Shown here: in pieces, positions 47,450 to 56,659 of the stretch
How the letters are laid out: each line of letters starts with the position of its first letter
Position numbering within the stretch: the stretch's first letter is position 1
DNA from: Chitinophaga pinensis
GTDB taxonomy: Bacteria > Bacteroidota > Bacteroidia > Chitinophagales > Chitinophagaceae
Reading direction: 5' to 3'
DNA: 64,000 nucleotides
NCBI GenBank assembly: GCA_945897185.1
Contig: CAMDFC010000003.1
Location: forward strand, 6,078-70,077
Notes under the pieces: model-generated
What the model saw: only the letters and a program-made list of their open reading frames with translations
What the model was told of the DNA's origin: nothing
The model's database searches: none
Position numbers and translations under genes: made by a program

Positions 47450-49441
47450 TTATTTATTCTTTTTCTTGTTTTGTGCAGGTTTAAATTCAAGATCGAGCAT
47501 CCATTCGTAATCCAACTGACGTTTTGTTAGGTTGGCAGATATTACTTTTATTTTAACAGGATCCCCTATTCTAAACGCCCAGTTACTTCTTTTTCCAATG
47601 AGTGCATATTCTGATTCGTAATACACAAAGTCATCATAATCCAATAGTGATGTAGCTGAAACAAGTCCCTCACATTTATGATCAACCGTTTCAGCCCAAA
47701 AACCAAAACTGGCTACCCCAGAAATAACAGCATCAAATTCTTCACCCAGGTACTGCTTCATAAACTCAACCTGTTTGTACTTATTGGAGGCACGCTCGGC
47801 ATCCATTGCAGCTCTCTCACGTTCGCTGCAATGTTGGCATTTTTGATCCATTTTTTTGTCCACTTCCGGATCTCCAGAAAGCACTCCTGTTAAAACACGG
47901 TGAACAAGAATATCTGGGTATCTTCTTATGGGTGATGTAAAATGACAATAATCATCAAACCCTAATCCATAATGACCAATATTTTTTGAAGTGTATATGG
48001 CTTTGGCCATGGTTCTTATACCCATTTGTTCTAAAACCCTTTGCTCCGGCAAACCTTTTACTTTTACCAACATTTCATTAAAAGAACTTGCTATTTGAGC
48101 AGGGGTCTTGGTCATGAAATTATAACCGTATTTTTTAGCAAATTCAACAAAAGGAATTAACCTATCCTCATCTGGTTGATCATGCACCCTATATGGAAAG
48201 GGCAAAGGCTTATTTGAAACTTTAACTTTTGAAACTTTTTCAGCAACAGTCCTGTTTGCCAACAACATAAATTCTTCTATAAGCTGATGAGAGGCTGTAC
48301 TTTCTTTAATTACAATTCCAATGGGTTTTCCTAATTCATCAAGCTTGAACCTTACTTCTTGTGATGAAAAGTTAATCGCACCTTCTTTCATCCTTACCTT
48401 CCTCATGGTTTGAGCAAGCTGGTGAAGCACAAGTACTTCCTTATCGTACAAACCAGTTTGATTATCGATGATTTTTTGAACATCTTCATAAGAAAATCTA
48501 TGGTTAGACTTAATGACCGTTCTACCAATCCAAGTTTCTTTAATATCCCCTTCGTTATTCATTTTAAAAACACAAGAATAGGTTAGCTTTTCTTCATGCG
48601 GGCGTAAAGAGCATAGGCCATTAGACAAACGTTCTGGCAACATAGGAACTACCCTATCGGGGAGATATACTGAAGTAGCTCTCTCATAGGCACTTGTATC
48701 CAGAGCAGAATCTTCTTCAATGTAATGACTCACATCGGCAATATGTACACCTATTTCAATATGATTTTTGTCAATTCGTTGAAAACTCAATGCATCATCA
48801 AAGTCCTTAGCATCATCAGGATCTATTGTGAAAGTGAGAATTTCTCTAATATCTCTTCTACTTTTTATTTCAACTTCTGTAATCTGTTCTGGAATTCGTT
48901 CCGATTCCTCTAATACATCATCATGAAAAACGATGGAAAACCCTTGTTGAATTAAAATTTCTTTCATGGCCAGGTCACCCTCCATTTTTTCGGTAATCAC
49001 CTCAATAACTTCACCTTTTGGCCTTTTGTCTTTCCCTTCCCAGGATACAATTCTTGCAATAACTTTTTGTCCGTCTTTCGCATTTTTCAATGCATGGTTA
49101 GGGATAAAAAAATCCGGTATTGCTTTGTCGGAGGATGGAATAAAAAAAGAAAAATCTTTATTCACTTCAACAATACCTACAAACTGCTTTTGCTTTCTTT
49201 CAATCACTTGAGTAATTCTTCCTTGCAAACGGCCAGCACGCAAATCACCTTTTGTAATTTCTACCCTAACCTGATCACCATGAAAAGCACGGTTAAAGTC
49301 ATTGGGTCTGATGATAATGTCTTTTTCTAATCCGGATACAATTACAAAACCCATCCCAGAGCGGGTGATTTCAAAAACGCCTTTATAAAGAGGGACTTCC
49401 GTCTTGTATTCTTTTCTTTTTTTGTTGTTTTTTTGTCCCAT
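47450..49441 (-). CDS. rnr: Ribonuclease R; ATG 49441 preferred over 49462
   Basis: Cold-shock domains, TIDPDDAKDFDDALS, HIADVSHY, LIEEFMLLAN, HFTSPIRRYPD and S1 domain. Confidence 0.95.
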   Translation of the reverse strand: MGQKNNKKRKEYKTEVPLYKGVFEITRSGMGFVIVSGLEKDIIIRPNDFNRAFHGDQVRVEITKGDLRAGRLQGRITQVIERKQKQFVGIVEVNKDFSFFIPSSDKAIPDFFIPNHALKNAKDGQKVIARIVSWEGKDKRPKGEVIEVITEKMEGDLAMKEILIQQGFSIVFHDDVLEESERIPEQITEVEIKSRRDIREILTFTIDPDDAKDFDDALSFQRIDKNHIEIGVHIADVSHYIEEDSALDTSAYERATSVYLPDRVVPMLPERLSNGLCSLRPHEEKLTYSCVFKMNNEGDIKETWIGRTVIKSNHRFSYEDVQKIIDNQTGLYDKEVLVLHQLAQTMRKVRMKEGAINFSSQEVRFKLDELGKPIGIVIKESTASHQLIEEFMLLANRTVAEKVSKVKVSNKPLPFPYRVHDQPDEDRLIPFVEFAKKYGYNFMTKTPAQIASSFNEMLVKVKGLPEQRVLEQMGIRTMAKAIYTSKNIGHYGLGFDDYCHFTSPIRRYPDILVHRVLTGVLSGDPEVDKKMDQKCQHCSERERAAMDAERASNKYKQVEFMKQYLGEEFDAVISGVASFGFWAETVDHKCEGLVSATSLLDYDDFVYYESEYALIGKRSNWAFRIGDPVKIKVISANLTKRQLDYEWMLDLEFKPAQNKKKNK

Positions 49442-49451
49442 TTTTTCATTA

Positions 49452-50564
49452 TTAAACACCAACCAATTGCTCAGTAAGTTTTTCGTTGTATTGCTTATTA
49501 TAGAAGTCTTGAGGATAGTTCGTCACTAAATGCTTAAAGAGGCGTTCCTGTCCAAATAAAAACTCTAACGTTATCGGCAGTACATATAAAGGAAGTCCAT
49601 TGAGTTTATCTTTAAATTTAATTAGACGAACAGCATCTTTCTCGGTAGTGACTATCATTTTATTTCGATCAACAATTCCACTAAGTCGCTCTTGTATTTC
49701 AAACAAGTTGTCGATGGTATAAATATGATGATCCCCGTAAAATAAAGCATCATAGGTTTTAGTAGCCTCATGAATATAATCAGTCAGTGGCAGGGGATTT
49801 GCAATACCACAAACTAAGAGTATTTCAGTATTCTTTGAAAGCGGTTGTTTTTTATTGGTGATGATATGATAAGGAGTCTCATATTTGATACTTGTGAAAA
49901 ATACATGTTGATGAGATAAAGGATCAATTTCATTCATTATTTGATAGCGATCCTGCTGTGACAATGAAGAAGGACATTTAGTTACAATTATTACATCCGC
50001 TCTTCTAGCACTTTTTTTCTCATCCCTTAAATCACCAGTTGGAAGATAAAAATCCCTGGTATACAAATTTGAATAATCCGTGAGTACAATATTAAAACCC
50101 GCAATTATTTCTCTATGTTGAAATGCATCATCTAGAATGACCAATTTTGTTTCTGGTCTATCAAAAAGTAGTTGAGGAATAGCCTCTATTCGTTTCTCGC
50201 CAACTGACACAGCAATGTCTGGATGAGACAAATGAAACTGCATAGGTTCATCTCCAATTTCAATTGCAGAAGAGTTTTCGTTTGCCAATACATATCCTGA
50301 AGTTCTTCTTTTGTAACCACGACTAAGCGTAGCAAGAGGATAGTCTATTTTTAAAAAGGCGACTAAAAAATCTACCATGGGTGATTTTCCAGTACCCCCT
50401 ACAGATAAATTACCAACACCTATAACAGGAAGATTAAAACTTATTCCTCCAGTAATTTTTTTCTCGTATAACCAATTACGAAATGACAATATACATCCAT
50501 AGACAATTGCCAATGGAAAAAGGAAAAGCCGAAATGACCGTAAGTAAACATTTTTAAAATGCAT
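49452..50564 (-). CDS. lpxK: Tetraacyldisaccharide 4'-kinase; ATG 50564 preferred over 50633
   Basis: VIGVGNLSVGGTGKSP, LSRGYKR, GDEP, LDDAFQH, LPTGDLR and TTEKDAVR. Confidence 0.95.
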   Translation of the reverse strand: MHFKNVYLRSFRLFLFPLAIVYGCILSFRNWLYEKKITGGISFNLPVIGVGNLSVGGTGKSPMVDFLVAFLKIDYPLATLSRGYKRRTSGYVLANENSSAIEIGDEPMQFHLSHPDIAVSVGEKRIEAIPQLLFDRPETKLVILDDAFQHREIIAGFNIVLTDYSNLYTRDFYLPTGDLRDEKKSARRADVIIVTKCPSSLSQQDRYQIMNEIDPLSHQHVFFTSIKYETPYHIITNKKQPLSKNTEILLVCGIANPLPLTDYIHEATKTYDALFYGDHHIYTIDNLFEIQERLSGIVDRNKMIVTTEKDAVRLIKFKDKLNGLPLYVLPITLEFLFGQERLFKHLVTNYPQDFYNKQYNEKLTEQLVGV

Positions 50565-51123
50565 ATACCCGTTCTGGTGTAATGCAAAAATCGAGCTTTT
50601 TATCGAAGAAATCGACATCTTCAATGCAATCAAGCGGAGAAAAAAATGAAAGTCCCACTTTTATAACATCCTCTTTGCATTTGGACAAAAAACGATCGTA
50701 ATACCCCTTGCCGTATCCCACCCTATTTCCTTGTAAATCGAATCCCAACAAGGGTACAAAAACCATATCTAACTCCTCTGGCATAATTTCTGTTCCTCCA
50801 GTCGGCTCAGGAATGCCATATTTGTTATTTTCAAAATACATATCCTCTTCATGCAAATAATGTTTCATTGAAAAATCCAAAGATGAAATCTTTGGATATA
50901 CGATTTGTAATCCGGGATTAGAAAATTTAAGCCAGTCAATAAGTGGACCAGTATCGGGTTCATTGTTCTTGTAAATTGGCAAAAAAGCGTGTACATAATT
51001 GAAATAAGGCAATGCCAATTCCTGAAACCGAATCAATAAAAGGTCTTGAAAGACATTAACTTGTAAAGTTGTTAATGATGTCCTTTGTTGGCGAAAAAAA
51101 AGTCTAGCCTCTTCTTTTTTCAT
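50554..51123 (-). CDS. ygfA: 5-formyltetrahydrofolate cyclo-ligase
   Basis: YGIPEP, DMVFVPLLGFD..GNRVGYGKGYYDRFL and DKKLD..ITP. Confidence 0.92.
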   Translation of the reverse strand: MKKEEARLFFRQQRTSLTTLQVNVFQDLLLIRFQELALPYFNYVHAFLPIYKNNEPDTGPLIDWLKFSNPGLQIVYPKISSLDFSMKHYLHEEDMYFENNKYGIPEPTGGTEIMPEELDMVFVPLLGFDLQGNRVGYGKGYYDRFLSKCKEDVIKVGLSFFSPLDCIEDVDFFDKKLDFCITPERVYAF

Positions 51124-51130
51124 ATGTAAC

Positions 51131-51676
51131 CTAGTCAGGTCTATTTATAAAAATTGAGAAAATGGTTGTCCCATATTTCCGCTCCGTTTTGTAAAAAGGA
51201 GCATTTTTAAATTCATTTCTGGGAGTATGTTCAAGTACAAACCAACCATTGGGCAACAAGAGTGATTGTTTAAAAATAACTTCTGGTAGCTCTTCTATAT
51301 TACCTAAGGCATAGGGCGGACCTGCAAAAATGAAATCGTATTTCTCCTTAGTTTCATTCATGAATTTAAACACATCAGATCGAATAATTTTTGCAGTATC
51401 AATTCCCAACGCTTTGGCTGTATTCTTAATAAATTCATGCATCGCAGGATCTTTCTCTATAACAGTAAGATCTTGAACTCCTCTTGAGAACAGTTCATAA
51501 CTAATGCTACCTGTTCCACCAAATAGATCTAATGACTTTAAAGATTCAAAAGTTAAATTATTTTGTAAAATACTGAAGAGACCTTCTTTTGCAATATCGG
51601 TTGTAGGTCTGGTAAAAGGCATATTTGCTGGAGGATTGAATCGCCTTCCGCCTAATTCTCCACTGATTATACGCAT
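51131..51676 (-). CDS. rsmD: 16S rRNA m2G966 methyltransferase RsmD-like
   Basis: MRIISGELGGR, RPTTD, LDLFGGTGSISYE and FAGPPY. Confidence 0.88.
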   Translation of the reverse strand: MRIISGELGGRRFNPPANMPFTRPTTDIAKEGLFSILQNNLTFESLKSLDLFGGTGSISYELFSRGVQDLTVIEKDPAMHEFIKNTAKALGIDTAKIIRSDVFKFMNETKEKYDFIFAGPPYALGNIEELPEVIFKQSLLLPNGWFVLEHTPRNEFKNAPFYKTERKYGTTIFSIFINRPD

Positions 51677-52524
51677 CTTGGTGTAATCAAAAATGGTGTA
51701 TAATAATGACTGGGAAGATGCTCTTCACTCTTCGATGAATTTTCAATATAAGGACATTCCTCTAAAGAAACAGTCACAAAAAACTTATTGAATTCACTCC
51801 ATGTTTCAGAGTTCGCATCTAGCAAGCCGCTTACATCTACTGAAATACTTGCCAGGTCAAGCTTTAGTCTATCTACAACATTGAGGATATTGTAAATAAT
51901 ATCCTGTGGTGTTTCAAAATTAAAGGTCTGTGACAATTGGAGTTGGTTATCCCTTAGCACAAGTAAATGAAAGGCATTTTTATAGAAATAAACTTTCATC
52001 CACTGTTCTTTTTCAAAAGAAAGCGTTTTAAATAAAGACCTCAACCCTGCCGTAGAAAATTGAATATTCCTCACCTGGGGGAACTTCGATGAAATGAGAG
52101 ACAGTAATTCCGGTTTCCATCCATAAACATTATGCAACTCCCATTGATGTACATCATCTACCATTATTTCCAATGGGGTTAAGTCGCCATGAATAGTTTC
52201 TAAAATTATAGATGAAAGTTCAGGCTTGTAAATTGAAGAAGGAACCAATGCCATTTCTAGTCGGTTGTGTACCAGTATTACATCACTGAAAGTGACTTCA
52301 TTTAGTTTTTCGTGGTTAAGTAAAAAACTAACCTCATTTAAATCAACCGGCAGCGTGGATTCGAAATAGACAAAGTCAACTATCTCTTTTCCCGATAGGT
52401 CGCTAATTGTAAAGCAAGTAAAAAAATGGCCTACCTCAATACAAAGTTTTTTCTCAGACAATCCGGAAATTGAGATGTTAGGGTTAGAGAAACTAAATTT
52501 ATTTTGTAACTGAACTCCTTGCAT
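51667..52524 (-). CDS. DUF3822 family protein; ATG 52524 preferred, since the ORF-track start overlaps the MATE gene
   Basis: LVPSSIY, F.TPQDIIYNILNV; position immediately upstream of rsmD is typical of Bacteroidota; TAAATTTG at 52530-52537. Confidence 0.7.
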   Translation of the reverse strand: MQGVQLQNKFSFSNPNISISGLSEKKLCIEVGHFFTCFTISDLSGKEIVDFVYFESTLPVDLNEVSFLLNHEKLNEVTFSDVILVHNRLEMALVPSSIYKPELSSIILETIHGDLTPLEIMVDDVHQWELHNVYGWKPELLSLISSKFPQVRNIQFSTAGLRSLFKTLSFEKEQWMKVYFYKNAFHLLVLRDNQLQLSQTFNFETPQDIIYNILNVVDRLKLDLASISVDVSGLLDANSETWSEFNKFFVTVSLEECPYIENSSKSEEHLPSHYYTPFLITPRCV

Positions 52525-52558
52525 TGTTACAAATTTAATGCTTTTACACTTTACAAAC

Positions 52559-53962
52559 ATGGCAATTAAGCGTAGGTTTGCTTCCAAAAATAAGAAAGCA
52601 GATACCCGTCTCATGCCCCAAGATTTAAAATTAGACACCAGTTACAAGCAAATTTTGCAGATGGCCCTACCCATCAGCTTTGCAATTCTTGTGCCTCAAT
52701 TCAATTTCTTAATCAACAGCGTTTTCTTATCCCAACTGGGCGAAGGTTATATTGGTGTGTCTGGAATAACAGGAGTTTACTATCTGATTTTTTCAGTAAT
52801 TGGATTTGGCTTAAACAATGGATTACAGGCACTTATTTCTAGAAGAGCTGGCCAAGACCGCCTAAATGAAATTGGGTCGTTGTTTATGCAAAGTATTTAC
52901 ATCACTATGTTTATTGCCTTGATGGGCATTTTTGCTACCTATACCTTGGCTCCTTATATTTTTGAATCCTTCACAGACCCTATTTTAGAAGAAAAAGCGA
53001 TGGGGTTTTTATATATAAGAATATGGGGACTCCCTTTTCTCTATCTCTACCAAATGAGAAATGCCCTGCTGGTGGGAACCAACCAAAGCAAACTCTTGAT
53101 ATGGGGAACCTTGGCAGAAACCCTTTCTAATGTGGTGCTGGACTATGGACTCATTTTTGGGAATCTCGGAATGCCTGCATTGGGTTTTAATGGAGCTGCA
53201 TATGCAAGTGTTTGTGCTGAATTTATTGGAATGGCAGTCGTTTTTGCTGTTATCAGCGGTAAAGGGATGAGTAAAAAATTTGGACTGTTCAACAGTATTC
53301 GTTTCAATTGGGTTACAACCAAGACCATACTTATACAATCATCACCGCTTGTACTTCAATATGCAATAAGCATCATCAGCTGGGAATTCTTTTTTATACT
53401 GGTCTCACACGATGGGCCTCTGGCTCTGGATATCAGTCAGCTTATGCGTTTGATATTTGGGTTTTGTGGTATGTTTATTTGGGCGTTTGCTGCAACGGCC
53501 AACACCATGGTTTCCAATGTTATTGGACAAGGAATGCCTGAGAAAGTCATGCCACTTATCAAACGCATTATCATACTAAGTGCTGGATCTTCTTTGGTCA
53601 TTTTTATCCCCTTACAACTGTTCACAACAGACATACTTTCTCTCTTCAACAGCAGTGATGCGTTTTTACAATTGGGTACGCCGGTACTAAGAATTGTTGC
53701 GGTTGCTATTATGTTAATGTCGGTTTCAACAATTTGTTTGAACGCTGTTACAGGAACTGGAAACACACGTACAAATCTTACGATTGAAGTTATAACAATC
53801 GTGTTATACTGCATCTATATCTACACAGTAATGCACGTGTACAACCTACCAATTACATGGGGATGGGGATCAGAATGGATTTATTGGTCAAGCATTCTGC
53901 TGATGTCTTTAACTTACTTAATCAGTGGGAAATGGAACAATGCAAGAAGTCGTTCAGTCTAA
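52559..53962 (+). CDS. MATE family efflux transporter (start 52559 or 52613)
   Basis: ILQMALPI, GLQALISRRAG, NVVLDYGLIFG.LGMPALGFNGAAYAS and about 12 TM helices. Confidence 0.9.
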   Translation: MAIKRRFASKNKKADTRLMPQDLKLDTSYKQILQMALPISFAILVPQFNFLINSVFLSQLGEGYIGVSGITGVYYLIFSVIGFGLNNGLQALISRRAGQDRLNEIGSLFMQSIYITMFIALMGIFATYTLAPYIFESFTDPILEEKAMGFLYIRIWGLPFLYLYQMRNALLVGTNQSKLLIWGTLAETLSNVVLDYGLIFGNLGMPALGFNGAAYASVCAEFIGMAVVFAVISGKGMSKKFGLFNSIRFNWVTTKTILIQSSPLVLQYAISIISWEFFFILVSHDGPLALDISQLMRLIFGFCGMFIWAFAATANTMVSNVIGQGMPEKVMPLIKRIIILSAGSSLVIFIPLQLFTTDILSLFNSSDAFLQLGTPVLRIVAVAIMLMSVSTICLNAVTGTGNTRTNLTIEVITIVLYCIYIYTVMHVYNLPITWGWGSEWIYWSSILLMSLTYLISGKWNNARSRSV

Positions 53963-53974
53963 ATTCAACAATGT

Positions 53975-54562
53975 TTATTCAGAAGAAGCCGCTTTCTTTT
54001 TGGCAGTCTTTGGAGCAATTACCATAAGCATGCGTTTTCCCTCTAGCTTAGGCAAACCTTCAACCTGACCAACTTCGCCAAGTCTTTCAGCAAATTTCAA
54101 AAGTACCAATTCACCCCTTTCTTTAAACATGATAGCACGTCCTTTGAACTGAACATACGCCTTTACTTTATTCCCTTCTTTAAGAAAGTTTTCAGCATGT
54201 CTGGCCTTGAAATCAAAGTCGTGTTCATCTGTACCGGGAGTGAAACGAATTTCTTTTAACTCAGCAGATTTACTTTTGGCTTTCATCTCTTTCTCCTTCC
54301 TTTTTTTGTCGTAAAGGAATTTGTTGTAGCCGATGATTTTACAAACAGGGGGATCTGCTTGTGGAGAAATCTCCACCAAATCCAACTCCAATTGTTGGGC
54401 CATTTTTAAAGCATCTTGGGTAGAATACACACCCATGGTTACGTTATCGCCTACAAGTCGAACTTGTGGAACCCTAATAAAATGGTTGATGCGGTGTTCA
54501 GCTTCTTTTCTGATGTTGAATCTTCCACCAGGGCGGTTAAAAGGTCTGTTTGGTAATGCCAT
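53975..54562 (-). CDS. infC: Translation initiation factor IF-3
   Basis: RINHFIRVPQVRLVG, LDLVEISPQADPPVCKI, KEIRFTP, HDFDFK and KVKAYVQFKGR. Confidence 0.96.
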   Translation of the reverse strand: MALPNRPFNRPGGRFNIRKEAEHRINHFIRVPQVRLVGDNVTMGVYSTQDALKMAQQLELDLVEISPQADPPVCKIIGYNKFLYDKKRKEKEMKAKSKSAELKEIRFTPGTDEHDFDFKARHAENFLKEGNKVKAYVQFKGRAIMFKERGELVLLKFAERLGEVGQVEGLPKLEGKRMLMVIAPKTAKKKAASSE

Positions 54563-54620
54563 AGTCTTTTTCGGAGGCCCTTAACGGCAAAGGGCAGCAT
54601 CCATTCATTGTTGTTTTTTA

Positions 54621-56555
54621 TTAAATGTTTTGCCGGTTTTTAATTTCGGATGTTAAGGTAGACAATATTTCTGAAACAGCGCATTGTCCAATATCCCCTT
54701 TCCCCTGTCTTCTCACCGAAACAGAATTGTCGTTTTGTTCTTTTTCACCAATCACCAGCATGTAAGGAGTCTTCATTAGCTCGGTATCTCTAATTTTTCT
54801 ACCTATTTTTTCTCCTCTATCGTCTACCTCAGCCCTTATTCCGGCATTTACTAGTTGTTGATTCACCTCTCTTGCGTAGCTATTGAATTTGTCGCTTATC
54901 GGCAACACCTTTACTTGTAATGGTGAAAGCCAGACTGGAAATTTACCCGCGTAATGCTCAAGCAAAAACCCAATAAATCTTTCATGAGTCCCCAATGGAG
55001 CCCTGTGAATGATCAACGGGGTTTCGGGATGGTTGTCTTTGTTTGTAAAATTTAATCCGAATCTTCTTCCTTGAGCGAAATCTACTTGGTTTGTGGCCAG
55101 TGTAAATTCACGACCAATTGCACTCCAAATTTGGACGTCAATTTTCGGACCATAAAAAGCTCCTTCATCTTGCACCTCAACAAAAGGAATATTTGAATCG
55201 ATGAGTACCTTTCGAACCATTTCTTCAGTTTCAATCCAGAGTTCCGGCTCATTGATGTATTTTTCTCCAAGTTTTGCAGGATCGTGCAAGCTTAAACGCA
55301 TTACATATTTATCAATGCCAAAAATGTTGAAATACTTGATGTACATCTCATTTACTGCCCTGAATTCATTGGCAAAATCTTCTTTTGAGCAATAAATATG
55401 TGCATCGTTCATGTGCAAACAACGCACACGCATCAATCCGAATAATTCACCACTTTGCTCATACCTATAACAGGTTCCGTATTCTGCCAACCTTAAGGGT
55501 AATTCTTTATAGCTTCTGTTCTCAGCTGAAAAAATTTTGTGGTGATGCGGACAGTTCATGGCTTTAAGGTAGTATTTCACCCCATCTAGCTCCATTGGTG
55601 GAAACATACTGTCTTGGTAATAAGGCAGATGTCCACTTGTTAAATACATACTTTCTTTGGCAATATGTGGGGTAACTACACGCTTATAGCCAGCTGCATT
55701 TTCAGTTTCTTTTGCCAATTTTTCCAATTCCTCAATCACAATGGTGCCATTGGGCATCCACAAAGGAAGACCTGGACCCACATCATCATCAAAAGTAAAA
55801 ATGCCAAGTTCTTTTCCCAATTTTCTATGATCGCGTTTTTTGGCTTCCTCCAACATTTGAAGGTATTCATCCAGCTCCTTTTGGCTTGGAAATGTTACTC
55901 CATACACTCTTGTAAGCTGTTTGTTCTTTTCATCTCCCTTCCAATAAGCACCAGCAACTGAAGTTAATTTGATGGCTTTGATTAGACCTGTGTGAGGTAT
56001 ATGTGGACCGCGACAAAGATCAGTGAACTCACCTTGTGTGTAGAAGGTAATTTCTCCATCATTTAAGCCAGACAATAAGTCGAGTTTATATTCATCTCTT
56101 TTCTCTGTGAAATAGGCAATTGCATCTGTTTTGCTGATTTCTTTTTTTACAAAAACATTGTTTTTGCCAGCCAATTCAACCATTTTCTTTTCCAATGAAA
56201 CCAGGTCGTCTTCTGCTAGATGCCTATCCCCCAAATCCATGTCATAATAAAAACCCCTATCCACCGCAGGACCAACCCAAAACTTAACTCCAGGGAAAGT
56301 GGCTTCTACTGATTCCGCCAACAAATGAGCTGATGAATGCCAGAAAGTAGATTTTGCTTCTGAATCTTCCCAGGTATGTAGTTTTAAGGAGACATCTGTT
56401 TTTAAGGGAGTAGAAGCATCACAAACAACACCATTAACAGATGCTGCAATCACTTTTTTTGCCAATCCTTCAGAGATTGATTTGGCAATGGCCATGGGGG
56501 TAACACCTATCTCATAATTTTTTATTGCCCCATCTGGGAAACGAACATTGATCAT
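54621..56555 (-). CDS. thrS: Threonine--tRNA ligase
   Basis: TGS domain, WHSSAHL, DLCRGPH, RDHRKLGKEL, MNCPHH, GAFYGPK and IHRAPLGTHERF. Confidence 0.98.
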   Translation of the reverse strand: MINVRFPDGAIKNYEIGVTPMAIAKSISEGLAKKVIAASVNGVVCDASTPLKTDVSLKLHTWEDSEAKSTFWHSSAHLLAESVEATFPGVKFWVGPAVDRGFYYDMDLGDRHLAEDDLVSLEKKMVELAGKNNVFVKKEISKTDAIAYFTEKRDEYKLDLLSGLNDGEITFYTQGEFTDLCRGPHIPHTGLIKAIKLTSVAGAYWKGDEKNKQLTRVYGVTFPSQKELDEYLQMLEEAKKRDHRKLGKELGIFTFDDDVGPGLPLWMPNGTIVIEELEKLAKETENAAGYKRVVTPHIAKESMYLTSGHLPYYQDSMFPPMELDGVKYYLKAMNCPHHHKIFSAENRSYKELPLRLAEYGTCYRYEQSGELFGLMRVRCLHMNDAHIYCSKEDFANEFRAVNEMYIKYFNIFGIDKYVMRLSLHDPAKLGEKYINEPELWIETEEMVRKVLIDSNIPFVEVQDEGAFYGPKIDVQIWSAIGREFTLATNQVDFAQGRRFGLNFTNKDNHPETPLIIHRAPLGTHERFIGFLLEHYAGKFPVWLSPLQVKVLPISDKFNSYAREVNQQLVNAGIRAEVDDRGEKIGRKIRDTELMKTPYMLVIGEKEQNDNSVSVRRQGKGDIGQCAVSEILSTLTSEIKNRQNI

Positions 56556-56591
56556 CTTTTAACTTGTATTGAAAATAATAGCACTAAAAAG

Positions 56592-56599
56592 CAAATTTA
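56592..56599 (-). promoter_or_regulatory. -7 promoter element (TAAATTTG) for thrS-infC
   Basis: Exact TAnnTTTG match 36 nt upstream of the thrS ATG. Confidence 0.6.
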
Positions 56600-56659
56600 A
56601 CGAACTATTGGGTAAGCCCATCTTGAATTCACAATAATTTAGCAGGTCGAACAAAAAAG

